A DNA stretch of 63,633 nt, filler included, from Hausera hauseri (lineage: Eukaryota): the NCBI GenBank assembly GCA_046269625.1. It is 11 parts of 11 records of this genome, joined end to end, with 100 filler letters (N's around TTAATTAATTAA, not from the genome) between each part and the next. Parts side by side here need not be neighbours in the genome. Positions count along the whole stretch, not along the records: positions 1 to 5,371 come from JBJURY010268619.1; positions 5,472 to 11,063 come from JBJURY010224743.1; positions 11,164 to 24,396 come from JBJURY010888733.1; 8 more parts are not named here. The stretch is one strand, 5' to 3'. The translations under genes were made by a program, and so were the position numbers. Below, piece after piece: positions 1 through 11,735 of this stretch. The stretch's first letter is position 1. Each line of letters starts with the position of its first letter. The notes under the pieces are model-generated. The model was given only the letters and a program-made list of their open reading frames with translations, had not been told where the DNA came from and made no database searches.

Positions 1-797
1 ATTATATTACTTGAATCTAGATTTGGCGAATAATATTTACACCCTAAGCAACACTTATTTGCGTTGTTACTAAATTTTGTGTGGTAATAGCATACGAGAG
101 ACCTCGTAGGTGACGGTGTTTGACTTCTAAAAGGAGAACGTGTTCGATTAGATGGAGGCACATTACGACGCTGTAAAGAAAGGTTATTCAATTTATCATT
201 GATAGGGTTAATGGTATGATGGAGTGCCGCATTTTTGGTGCGTAATTCGTTCACCTGCTGTTCGAGTGAAACATTGCTGGTAGTAACTGCTGCAGAAATA
301 ACTGGTTAAGTGTGTACGTTCAAAACCTCATATGTTTTATCCGCCAGTGCGGCTAATTCATCTAATGTTGTCGATTCTTCAACGACAGTAAGTAAGGCCC
401 TAATTTGTATGGGCAATGTATTCAGGAAGTAACGTCGCAAAAGATCGGAGTTATGTTGTTTCGTCACGCCAAGTGTTTGAAGTTGCACGAGTGACGTTCT
501 AAGAAAATCAGATGGTTTCTGCTCCCCCATTGCATTGCCGTTGAAGAAATGGTAAATTATTGAGTCCATAGATGGTTTCGTAAGTTTCAAAACGGCGTTG
601 TAAAGATGCGTGTATGGATCAGGTTTCTGGAACATATCGACCAAATCATGAATGGCCGTTTTTACAGTTGTTCGTAAAAGACAAAGCAGGTTATTGGCCT
701 TAGTTACCGGATCAGTGATATTGTTTGTTTGCAACCAGAGTTTGTGGAAACTAAGCCATGTTTTGTTAGACTGTTTGTGGTCAGTAAAATACTCTGT
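1..797 (-). pseudogene. gag: Ty3/Gypsy Gag (capsid-like domain plus CYYHxxF...C zinc knuckle), one in-frame stop, cut by the window start
   Basis: KTWLSFHKLWLQTNNITD...PDPYTHL...MGEQKPSDFLR...LDELAALADK, then past the TAA at 306-308 RSLVCYYHTKFSNNANKCC. Homologous to the Gag at 49821-50715, which precedes a complete pol. Confidence 0.85.
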
Positions 798-2261
798 TCA
801 TTGAGAAGTGTGTTTGACTGGCGAAGTTGTAGAAACATAACTACTAAAAAAAGATGGCGTGGTAACGATCGACGATTTTTGGTTGAACGCAAAATGTGAT
901 GTTTTGGAGGTATTTAGGTCAGTAGTGTTAATGGTAGGTGATGATTTCATTCCACCACGTATGTGAATGTGTATGTGAATGATGATGCAATGTGTTAAAG
1001 ATACAGAAAGGTTACAGAGGTTGGTGTTAGTTATTGGTATATTATTGTACGTTAGATAAAAATCAGAAATGTTGACGGCGTTTAGTACGTAGTTGTGTAG
1101 GTAGAACGCATTTATCGAATTTGTCATTTTATGTGTTAGCAAATGGTGATTATTTAAAAAGAATAAAAAAGAAATAGATTGTATAAACTCAAGTGGTTGG
1201 TGTGGTGATGGAACACACCATGGCGTGGGACTCATTGACTTAGGACAGATGGTTGATTGGTTTATCATGCCATGGTTTGTATGCAACTCAAGAGTATGAG
1301 ATGATTGGAACACTTTATTAATTTCTTTGTGGCCATCATCAAGTTTACGAATTCTTACGAGTGCAAAGTACCTCGAAAAACTATGTCGTGGACAAAGAAT
1401 AAAGTGAAACAATGGTTGAATAGAATAGACAAAATTTATTAACTGAGGAATAAAGAAAAGGAATGTTTTGCTGAAATTATTTAGAATTCCAAAGGTGGCA
1501 GGAGTCCTGTCCGAATAATAGCAATATGTGTTAACCAAGGGCGCCTTTACTGGATGAAGGTTGTGGGTCAAATATGAATCTTGATATACAATAACTTTAC
1601 GAATGAAGTCATGCAAATATGATGCATCGGTACAATGTGTGACATTGGTAGTATATATCAATTTGTTAATGGCAAAAATGCATATGGGAAAAGGCATGGA
1701 CAAACGGTAAGTTAGGTCGTGAGGTATCGCCTGATAGATTACTTCGTGGTATATTAAAATACGTTTAGTTTCTTCTGTATGTACAATTGCGAATGTGGTA
1801 AGAACCACAGGTCTCCTATTTACGATCTGTTCGATAATTTGTGTTTCGGAGGACCCTTTGTAATCGTCTGTACCCGTTTTGATACATGGTGTGTCGTGTA
1901 CGAAACCAGTGTTATGTATGTAGAGTGGAAATCGATGACGACCCAATCTCACAGACCAATCAATAGGGTTGTCTTTGATGCCATTTGTTCTAAATGATCT
2001 TTTAGGTAAAATATCGATAAAAGTAGGATTCGCTATGTGAAACAATGATAAAAATGTCCCAGATACGATAATTTCGTCAAAATGATTAGACGGAACTCTC
2101 AGAAAAATTACAGTACATCCAGAGGCGTTGTTGAATTTCTTTAAAAGGTGTTTGGAAGACAGAGCATGATGATCATGGGACATGAACAATTCCACCAGAA
2201 ATGATGTCTGTTTGTAATGTGACATAACTTTACAACAGTTAAAATAATAATTTTCGCACAA
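798..2261 (-). CDS. 487-aa ORF of unknown function, in frame with the downstream Gag across one TGA
   Basis: Long open frame in AT-rich DNA. 2261-734=1527 (multiple of 3), and 735-797 translates openly (TEYFTDHKQSNKTWLSFHKLW) into Gag. Confidence 0.6.
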   Translation of the reverse strand: MCENYYFNCCKVMSHYKQTSFLVELFMSHDHHALSSKHLLKKFNNASGCTVIFLRVPSNHFDEIIVSGTFLSLFHIANPTFIDILPKRSFRTNGIKDNPIDWSVRLGRHRFPLYIHNTGFVHDTPCIKTGTDDYKGSSETQIIEQIVNRRPVVLTTFAIVHTEETKRILIYHEVIYQAIPHDLTYRLSMPFPICIFAINKLIYTTNVTHCTDASYLHDFIRKVIVYQDSYLTHNLHPVKAPLVNTYCYYSDRTPATFGILNNFSKTFLFFIPQLINFVYSIQPLFHFILCPRHSFSRYFALVRIRKLDDGHKEINKVFQSSHTLELHTNHGMINQSTICPKSMSPTPWCVPSPHQPLEFIQSISFLFFLNNHHLLTHKMTNSINAFYLHNYVLNAVNISDFYLTYNNIPITNTNLCNLSVSLTHCIIIHIHIHIRGGMKSSPTINTTDLNTSKTSHFAFNQKSSIVTTPSFFSSYVSTTSPVKHTSQ

Positions 2262-2312
2262 AATGAGGTTTTCCTCATTGGAATTTATCAGTAGTTGAAC
2301 GCCGTCTTTTTC

Positions 2313-2959
2313 TCATTGTTCAAAACGCGAAATATCGACCATAAGTTTAAGTAAATTAAATAACATCAGGGAATAAACAGAAAGCTCGGGCGCCAAATTA
2401 TCTGCTAATTGAACATCATCCATAACGATGATGGGGCGGCATCCTCTGGCTATAACTACATATATTTCCTTTGGATGTACGATAGTTATGTGATTTTGAC
2501 TGTACATGTGGGACGAAAGCTGAGTGCAGTTTCCTGATTTTGACTCCCGTGATGAGAAATCTTTAAAACTTTCAATGTTCGACCTTCTAAAACCATTATC
2601 ATTTTAGTTGTAGTTTTTATAAGCTGTGTTGACTTGGGAACAACTACTTTGTTTAAGGACTGGGACTTTGAATTAAAGAAAATGTCCCCTTTATTGCAAA
2701 TAAAAAACTTCCTGACATTTCCTTCCGATATTGTTCTTAAAAAAATACTCGATCTCAGCAATATAAATCCATTGCCATGAAAAACAAGATTTATCGAATC
2801 ATAAAAATCGATACAAAATCCCAACAAATGATCTGCAAATACCGTTGACCATACTTTGTTGCTATCTGTGTTCCAGAGACCCCATTCACTACCGCTATGC
2901 AAAACCAACATGGAATCAATGATAACTTCCTTATTCTTTAGCCGAATGGAGTCTGACAC
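2313..2959 (-). pseudogene. Frameshifted ORF of unknown function upstream of the 487-aa ORF
   Basis: Overlapping ORFs 2486-2959 and 2313-2507 on the same strand; protein-like composition, no recognised motif. Confidence 0.35.
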
Positions 2960-4714
2960 TTTTTTTTCAATGAATGTTAAAATTACACAGAATAGTAGCG
3001 TAGTTAGTTTCGCATACGATGATGGTCTCCGATAAGTTAACTGATGTTGATTTCAGAGAATATTGCCTTTTTAGATCATGATAATAATTTTTAGATGACC
3101 GCTTAACCAAGTATAGGTTATTATAAGCGATAGATAAGAAAGAAGCAAAATAGTAAATGCGCCATGCATAACGCTAAAAATGTAGCTAACACTCAGAAAA
3201 TATGTACAAGGAGTGAATCGATGTTGGTGATTCCAATGGGCACGGTTACAAAGTTGTCGGACCGTGGGAACATGGGGAAATCCGATTGAAAAATGTCATG
3301 GGAAATATTTCCCGTTGTGCACATATAATAACTTTTGCTCGCCTCGTCACGCGCTATCGATATCACTTGGTCCAAAGTCAATTGCTCGACCTCCTTTTCG
3401 GCCAGGGGGGAGTCGTGGGAAAATTTTAATGAAATGATCGCTATAGCCACTCAGGAGGGGAAAAGCGGTTTTCGGACCAATCAGAACGATTGTGTACATT
3501 GTTTTAGTAATTTATGTTTCATATTTTTGACGTTTTTTGTCAACGTCTTAGTCGATAAACTAAATTTCAAGTTTTTAATAAAGGATTTCCTTCAATAGTA
3601 AAATATTTTTACAGTGTGCATAACAATTTTAAAATTTTAAAATTGATATGAGAATTGAACATTTTTGTACTTACATACTAGTCTCGTTTTCAGATAACGT
3701 TTGATGTCTTCAAACTGAATTCCTTTGTCCGGGACAAGTGTATAATGTTATTACAACTATGAGTATATGAACTTTACGAACATATTAATGAATAAGTATT
3801 AGATAAATTAATTATCAGAATTTTTTACCTTTAACGGTTTTATTACAATTAATTCTGACACTAATGATACTTCGACATATATTTCGAATCACAAATACAT
3901 TGTGCTCGATATTGTTTTTCGTTTACGGAGTGTATATTCCGGTAAAATCAATACATCAAAAATTCGTCCTTCCCATGAAACTAATGAAAACGATGTGACA
4001 ATTTTCCACAACACAGAACCGAACTTCCGTTCATTCTAGACTATCCGAATTGTCTTATATCGTGGTTAGCCTTTTATGACCAATGGTTATTTTCCAGTAA
4101 TATTAACAACTCGATTACTAAGACAAATTCACTTCTTTCGCTCATATATTCCACATATCTACAATATAGCCAGAATATTTAATAACGTTGATATGTTCAA
4201 TGTGCTAAAATGACTTTGTGTAATCGTACTGTATCGTCTACATACAATTTAGTTTGAACGTATCTAAATAACCAAACCTTAGAATTAGAACGTTAGTCAG
4301 TCTTTCTCTAAAAATATTTAAATACTCTTAGAAAAACTGGAATTACATCTGAAAATAACAAAGCTTTGATATACTGTTACCTTTATTCCACTATACCTAA
4401 AATTCTTCACATGATATTACTCACAGATGAAGGAACTATGCCTTTACCGAAATTAGCTAGTTTATCGTATTAATTCATCCATCTTTTTCGCTCCGAGAGT
4501 CATAATTCACTCATCACTTTTATAGAAAACTCATCTTCAGTGGAATCATCTGTTACAAATACGATAGCTTCATTACAACTCTGTTTCTGCGTGATTCAAT
4601 TTTCGATTGGTCATACTTAAATCGTTTACGCCTATTTTGTAAATATTTGCGGTAATTTACGAACTCGCTTTTAAGGCGTTTGATTAGTCAAATCAACTGA
4701 ACTTTTGTGGTATA

Positions 4715-5371
4715 CAGGGTGCGATTAAAAAACGACTTGAGCCTAACATCATCTGGAACCTGAGCCAGAACCATAAAGAGCAACAAGACTAAAAAGATTA
4801 TGTAATATAATTTATTTTGGCATGAATATAGAATACAATTATTAAAAGTGTCCTCCTTCAGCAACAATTACACCCTCAAGACGAGGTCAAAACTTGGAAC
4901 AGGTTGTCCGAATGTACTCATCTGACATGTTGGTCTGCTCCTTGATAATGTACTTCTTCAAGTTGTCTGTGTTGTCATGTGGATGAGCACAGGCCTTGGC
5001 CTCACATACGCCCATATTGAATAATCTAAGGGATTCATATCCAGAAAGCTGGCTGGCCATATTGCTTTGGACAAGAAATTTTGATGTTTTTCTCAAGCCA
5101 ATTCTGGATCAAGTTCGAAGTGTGAGTCGGAGCCCCGTCCTGACATCATGTTGCCATCCCTTGTGTAGATAGAGTCAATCCAGGGCTTGACATGGTTTTG
5201 CAGAACATCCAGGTACACTTCCTTGGTCACTTTTCGTTCTTTTTGAAGAAGACCGGAAGCATTTTCTTACCATCAGAGGAGACTAGTCCAAACATTATGA
5301 CTGAGGCCGGATGCTTTGTCTGGAATGCATGTTTAACATTGTCAAGGACATCCTTTGGGTCCTCCTTACTG
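4715..5371 (-). mobile_element. Tc1/mariner (maT/DD37D-like) transposon remnant, 3' part
   Basis: Decayed transposase motifs TKHPASVIMFGLVSSDG, DGAPTHTS, CAHPHDNTDNLKKYI and RLEGVIVAEGGHF; terminus TA|CAGGGTG at 4713-4721. Confidence 0.8.
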
Positions 5372-5471
5372 NNNNNNNNNNNNNNNNNNNNNNNNNNNNN
5401 NNNNNNNNNNNNNNNTTAATTAATTAANNNNNNNNNNNNNNNNNNNNNNNNNNNNNNNNNNNNNNNNNNNN
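5372..5471. other. Artificial contig spacer (44 N + TTAATTAATTAA + 44 N). Identical spacers at 11064-11163, 24397-24496, 30635-30734, 34845-34944, 39705-39804, 45052-45151, 51032-51131, 55240-55339, 59543-59642
   Basis: The same 100-nt pattern with an all-frame stop linker occurs 10 times, and the flanking sequences are unrelated. Confidence 0.98.
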
Positions 5472-5984
5472 TTACAAGATCGAAGTGTAACATATTCCGG
5501 TTATTTGGAAAGGAAAATTGATTGGCTTTCATTTAAACATTGGATCAAGTGCTCGCAGTCATTTTCAATGGTAATCTTTATATTTATACGAGTAATACAT
5601 GTTAAAAACCGAGTCTGGTTTGCATCTTAAACGCATTTCAACAGGTCGAGGTGGTTAAAAATCTTTCTCAACCGCCAATGTGAGTGTGGTGCCCGCGTCC
5701 ACCGTTGCCCTCCGTTCCATTCGATTGAGCAAGGCCGGGTTTTCCTCTGCCAGCGCATCGGGCGCATAGGTGGGCCCCGATTTTCCGCCTTGGAGGAAAA
5801 TGAGTATTCTTCATCTGACTATCCAAATCAAAAAGACAAAGAAAAATTTCAATCTTCTTCTTCCGAAAATCCAATTGAAAATGATCTAAAGAAGCTTCTG
5901 AATCTTCGTAGTTTTCAGAACATCCAAATAACAATCCATTTGCATTAACGGCAACGTTGTATTCTAACATAATCCCATTTTCAG

Positions 5985-6485
5985 GTGGATATAATTTCAG
6001 AATTGGTCATTATGATCGAATACTTCATATTTCTGATACTTGGTTTGCTCCACGCAAGTCATGATGTATCTAAAGTTATTAAGGCTCGCGAAAATGACCG
6101 GTACTACGAGACTCTTGCGCTTGGTTTACTGCGACCGGGTACCATAATTCCATTAGACGAACGAGATTTTAGTCCATTCAAATCCACATCCACGAATCTT
6201 CTACAGACCGTATCACAAATCGACCGAGAATCCATTTGTCCCGACAAAACATTACCAAATATTCAGCGATTGTGTCGCGATGATGAATGTTGTAAATTGT
6301 TGGGATTTCAGTTTTATTCCTCCGGAATAGACAAGACCATTTTAATACTGGTCAAAATTACCGATGTCAATGATCAGGAACCCCGGTTCAGTAATGTAAA
6401 AACTCCATTTGCGAAAATCCCCGAAAATGCATTAAATTTTGTTTACAATGATGTTTCGGTTTCGTTCGCCATGAAGATGAAATGA
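5985..6485 (+). pseudogene. Protocadherin-like N-terminal fragment (signal peptide plus first cadherin repeat)
   Basis: Hydrophobic leader, then IDRESIC, ITDVNDQEPRF and IPEN cadherin motifs; truncated after the first repeat. Confidence 0.65.
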
Positions 6486-6487
6486 AA

Positions 6488-7566
6488 ATGACTAGAGTAA
6501 GTTAATTATTAATAAAACAAATGTTATTGTAATGGATATTTAATTTTAGTACCAGTTAAAATAATTGTACCACTAATAATTTTTTTTCTGAAAAAAATTG
6601 AGAATTTCTAAGTTTAAAAATTTATCACTCTTAAGAAAAGAAGTAAAATAAGGTCAAAAGTACAATCAGATGGCTCTCAGAAGTCAGAAGATGAGATTCA
6701 GTATTGCATTTGTAGAAGTTCAGATGGAACTCGCTTTATGATGTAATTTTCATATTTGCATATAACAAAATCGATTTCGTAATTTTGATTTGCCTAAAAA
6801 TAAGTTCTAATTTTAGAGCATGTGATAATTGTGAAGAATGGTATCATGGAGATTGTATAAATGTAACACCAAAACAAGCAAATAATATCAAACATTTTTA
6901 CTGTCATCTATGTATTGGACGCAATCCGAGTTTGGAAATTGAATATAAAACAATAAAAGAAAATCGCCCAAGACTTCCAAATTTGAGGCAGCAAATCAAG
7001 AAGATAAATTTCTCTTCCGATGATGAAAATGATGCTGATTTAAGTTCATCAAGCACTCCTGAAAAGTCGTTCCCTTCCGGTAGAAGCAAAAGAACGACCC
7101 GAAAAAGATCTCGACCTTCCTTATCAGAATCGGTTAAATCTTTAGCCAAGAAACGCCGTGGTCGTCCCAAAGAAAAGCATGACGAATACGATGATGAAGC
7201 TACTGAAGATGAGATTGAAACATCTGGAATAGCTCCATCGATAAATGATTGTGCTCCTATCAGTATTTCGAATCATCCGGAAGATAGTGAATTGTACGGC
7301 AAAAAGTCATTTCGCAATCAGTTATCTAGTAATAATATATTCTGTGGTTCTTTTGTGCCTAGAACTCCGTCAATGGATGGTGTTATGAAAATATGCGGTA
7401 TGTGTGAAGGATGTAAATTAACCAAAAATTGCGGAAAATGTGATATGTGTTTGAAATGTTCGACGAATATAACTTCAAAATCCGTATGCCGAAAACGAAT
7501 TTGTCTCCGAAATAAATCAGATTCACACAATCAGAGACATCCGTATAACAAGGATTATCAAACCAT
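6488..7566 (+). CDS. CXXC1: CXXC-type zinc finger protein 1 (CFP1), 5' exons 6488-6496, 6636-6742, 6817-7566
   Basis: GT-AG introns splice in frame to MTRKRSK...[28 protein letters not shown] (PHD finger), followed by a CXXC finger CGMCEGC...CGKCDMC...CRKRIC. Downstream exons not seen. Confidence 0.85.
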
Positions 7567-8054
7567 GTTAGTGAATCAATTCTTGTTTTAATTTACTTTG
7601 TATTGATAATTGCGTAATTTGAGTAATGATTTTACGTTTGATTTTTATCGTAAATTAGTAGTAAACACAAAGTAAAAACGTATATATTGGAGAAATATTT
7701 TTAAACCGTTATATTGCATTTATTTTGTGTAGTAGTTATTAAAATATTGTATTAAGCATATTTTTATTCTGTATTGAACAAATATGACCTTCAATTATGT
7801 GGATTTATCATGTTGTTATTTACTTGAAGATACGACATTGACTAAATTTCATTTTTCTACTTCTGTTTATTGAACTTAATTATCGTTAAATTATATTTTT
7901 TAACCATTTAATTACATAAATATGCATGACACTAACATTGTTTTTTTAGAGTTATGTGTAACAAAGATAAGGAGTTACTAAAGATAGAAACACAGTTAAC
8001 CAATCATATTGGATAAAAATTTGGTCAGATAAAATCAGGGTCAAATATATTTTA

Positions 8055-8132
8055 CAGGGTTATTATCAAGTCTCTTCCCTAAATTCCTATCTAAATACAT
8101 TTGATTTAAGAAGGGATTTGATAATAACCATG
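8055..8132. mobile_element. 78-bp Tc1/mariner-type MITE
   Basis: 23-bp terminal inverted repeats (CAGGGTTATTATCAAGTCTCTTC / GAAGGGATTTGATAATAACCATG, 3 mismatches) flanked by TA on both sides. Confidence 0.65.
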
Positions 8133-9392
8133 TATATTAATGTACATGGGTAGAAATTACAACGTACAAAAAATTAAATACATCAGCAAACATTTGTAAA
8201 ACGAATTTTAAAAATATCTATAATTTTTTATTGACTACGACGAAATGATAAGTAGAGACCAAAATTTGAAACTCCAAAGTTCAACCATATCAGTGTGATA
8301 AACAATTATATTGTTCGCATACAACTGTTTTATGTAACCTGAATATAACAAAGATATTTCCATCATTTTGTAGTTACTCCCTCACTTCATTTACAAATAA
8401 TTTACCCCATACCAGTTGGCTTGTTTAAAAATAAAATATGCTTAGCCAGTTATCTAATTGTTCTTTTTATTAATTTATATCGTATGTACATAAAGTATTT
8501 CGAAACATTTGTTTTCATTTCAAATTGAAGAGATTTGATTTTAATTTTCACTGCAATCATTCATATTTGATGTTTCAATTATTTTTGTTGTATCAACTGT
8601 GACAAATTTTTACTGCTTAACTTTCACCTATTGTATTGGTATTGTATTATTACAATGTTTTTACTGAAGCAAAGAAAGTCAAATTTTCTGAGATAAGATT
8701 GAATTATGAAAATACTACGAATCCATTTCTTGAAACTTCATTGTTTTCACATACATTTCAGTCTATTATCACTATTGCTATTGGTATTAATCAAAGTTGA
8801 GGACAGAATCACATTGTCAGAAAATCTGTTTTACGTAGGAATTGCTTTTTTGAAGCTAGTGGCTGATTGTCGGATATATCTTCAAATTGATTTTATGCTT
8901 ATGGAATACTTGAAGAATTTGCTAATTTTCCCGTCTCATAATTTGATCTTTAACTTTAGAAAGATTTCTATGCAATGATTTTTACTTTTCGCAACGGGTT
9001 TTAAAGGTAGTCTATAATAGGATCAACGCCACCGAACAGTTAATCGTCTGCCACCCATTTTGGAATTTTACTCCGTGTACTGTTTATATAAAATATTGAA
9101 GTGCTCACCTCCCAAAAATGTTCTTCTGTCTTCAAAAATGTTATGCACTTTTAGTATTTTACGCAGCACAGGATCTGTTAGTCTACAGGTGTAAAATTAG
9201 ACAATTTAAATTATCTACTTTAGTCATTTATCTATCTAACAAATCCGTTATGAATCTGAAGCAGTTATTAGAGGACTAACACACTCAGACGAACTGTATT
9301 AAGAACATTACACAAAAAAGAAAAACTTCCAGATTATTCGAAACACGTTACCAAAATTTTTACAACTTTAAAACAAAGTCTTTTTGCTGTCC

Positions 9393-9801
9393 CAACATTT
9401 TCCTCTTTTTAAAAGTCACGAAAACGCAGGGGAAGGCGTCGATTTCGTCGCGGACGCCCTGCGGCATCTTCCGCAACAGGTAGCTCCTCTTCCCCGTCAC
9501 TATGATGTCGTCCGTTTACCATGTCACCGTCGGCTGTCATTTGCAGAGTGGTATCTGGGTCACTGTCCGCCGCCGGTGCTAGCGCATTTGATAGTCTCAG
9601 CGGTGTTGAGGTACTGAGTAGTGGATGAGCAGCCACCGCATAATCCTCAGTGATTGGAGGGTTTGTCGTGGATCGGTGTACTGCAGCGTTCTCCGAGGCA
9701 GCTGTGCAACCAGCTGATGCCACTGTTGTACCACGTGGAGGCAGAATGTGCACTTGATCAGCGTGCCGCCGATGCACAGAACCATCTTGTTGGTCCAGCA
9801 C
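9393..9801 (-). mobile_element. Gypsy 3' fragment: integrase C-terminal tail, PPT and LTR start
   Basis: DGSVHRRHADQV...RPRRNRRLPLRFRDF*, then AAAGAGGAAAA and TGTTG; a GC-rich island in AT-rich DNA. Confidence 0.6.
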
Positions 9802-10574
9802 ACGGAGGAATTATTATTAATATAAAAATGACGTATATTCAAACCAAATGTTCATGCACAAGGCGTAACGAATGAAAACAAATTTCAGCCGTTCAGTCGG
9901 TTTAAAACCGTCGAGAAAAACGCTGAAAATTAACGATTTTTCACATTTTTCTGTGATAAAAGTGCTTTGAAACGGGACATATTGTACATAAATAGTTCAG
10001 TTGAATTTTATGACGAATCATCATTGATGACGAAAACTGAACGTTTTATGGATAAGGAACGTGTGCCCATAACTTCTCGCTCAGGCACTTCTTCTGTTTT
10101 CACGCATGCTGAAATGGAAACAACGATACTTTCACACATCATTGACCTTTACCCATTATTCGATCATCTTTCATTCTATTCGGGTTTTGATCTTCTTTCG
10201 ACGTGTCCATGGTATCTCCATTTAGTGAATTTCATGGAATTGCATTAAATCAAAATTGTTAGGCTTGTATTTTTGCTGGAACTAACTGCTTTTCCATTTC
10301 TACCAGATTTCTATCACCATACGTAATTTGTGTTCTTCGTGCGTTTTTCATCAGATCGAAAGTTTTGTGAAATTTATTGGAACCGAGGCCTAGCATCAAT
10401 TGCAGTGTGTCTAGTCCCTACCTCTGAAAATACATGCTGTGAAATAATTCTGCGTATTTTGAGACCTCCTCTCCCCCCCCCCGCCCAATAATTCTTTTCT
10501 TGGATACATGCTTGTATATATTAGTACATTCTAATGCATTAAAATATAAAATTTAGAAAGAAGAGAACACTTAC

Positions 10575-10721
10575 CCTGGAATGACTTGATACTTCAAAAC
10601 TTCTTGGTATTGAGTTAATCCATTTTTGTCGCAAATTTTCTTTGGGAAATCTGAATAGTGAAACACGTGGGGTATTGCTATAATTACCCCTACAATTGGG
10701 TATGCAACATTTATTGACCAT
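10575..10721 (-). pseudogene. THAP-domain exon, probably of a decayed P-element-like transposase (possible remnants down to about 8700)
   Basis: MVNKCCIPNCRGNY...SLFRFPKENLRQKWINSIPR...SR followed by a GTAAGT donor; faint ISDN and LKCM motifs near 8740-8880. Confidence 0.65.
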
Positions 10722-11172
10722 TCTTTTCAAAAAATAAAGAACTTGTGAATAAATACTGAACAAGTTATAAAAATATCGATAAGATTTATGTACTTTATAT
10801 AAAACTACGCAAGCAAAATGAACTTTTCAAAAGACGAAGCACGTTTTTTTACAACACGTTGTACACTAGGAAGTCAAAAACCCAGTCGTGAACAGGATCG
10901 ATTCAATGGCCCCACTGTTGTGACGTCAGACCCCTCTCGAAAACTGGTTTCTTGGCCTTCTCTTAAAGGGGGTATTGGCCCGACCCGCTCGGCAGTTGGC
11001 CACACACTAGCGAGCGGGCTCACCGTGCATAAAGCAAAAATTACTACGGCTTTTGGCAAAAGANNNNNNNNNNNNNNNNNNNNNNNNNNNNNNNNNNNNN
11101 NNNNNNNTTAATTAATTAANNNNNNNNNNNNNNNNNNNNNNNNNNNNNNNNNNNNNNNNNNNNAAGAACCTA

Positions 11173-11735
11173 GTGCCACTAAGTGGAATTCTAACCAATG
11201 CTCCAAGTCCGAAACGCCCGGTCGGCAGACCTAGAAAAGCCGGAGAAGTTGACTATAACGGAGAGTTAATTAGAGAGCTAAGACAAATGTCGATTCCTAC
11301 CTTTAACACAGACAATGAAGAACTAAGCGAGTTAATGAAGAATTTAATACGTATCGTAAATTATTCAAACCTTCGAGGATATACATTAGATAAAAAAGAA
11401 AAGGCAATATTTAACGCAGCTAGGACAATGAGAAGTTCGCGTTTCAAACTGTCAAAAAGTAGCCTAACTGACGACGCAGTAGTTGGGAAAATTATGGTGG
11501 GAAATACGACAGAAGAGCTAAGGAAAGTACTATTGTACTTAGCAATCAAGACAAACCCAAATCGAGAAAATAAGTTCAACCGAGCTACGAGCATGGCACT
11601 AAAAGCAGCTAGGCAGCTTCCGTGCGACCAAAATTGTTTGACAGAGAAGACAAGAAGAACAGTAGTAATAATGGACTCGGAGACATAATACGGAATTTGA
11701 TGACAACGGATAATAATAACCGGAAAAAGGAATCT
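11173..11735 (+). pseudogene. Unknown polyprotein segment (ORF-X C-terminus) upstream of the glycoprotein
   Basis: PKRPVGRP...AARTMRSSRFKLSKS...EELRKVLL is conserved in the copy at 32761-33300 (-). Confidence 0.7.

Noticed and set aside
5668-5970. 100-aa minus-strand ORF with a GC-rich patch
   Set aside because: No recognisable domain or splice support.
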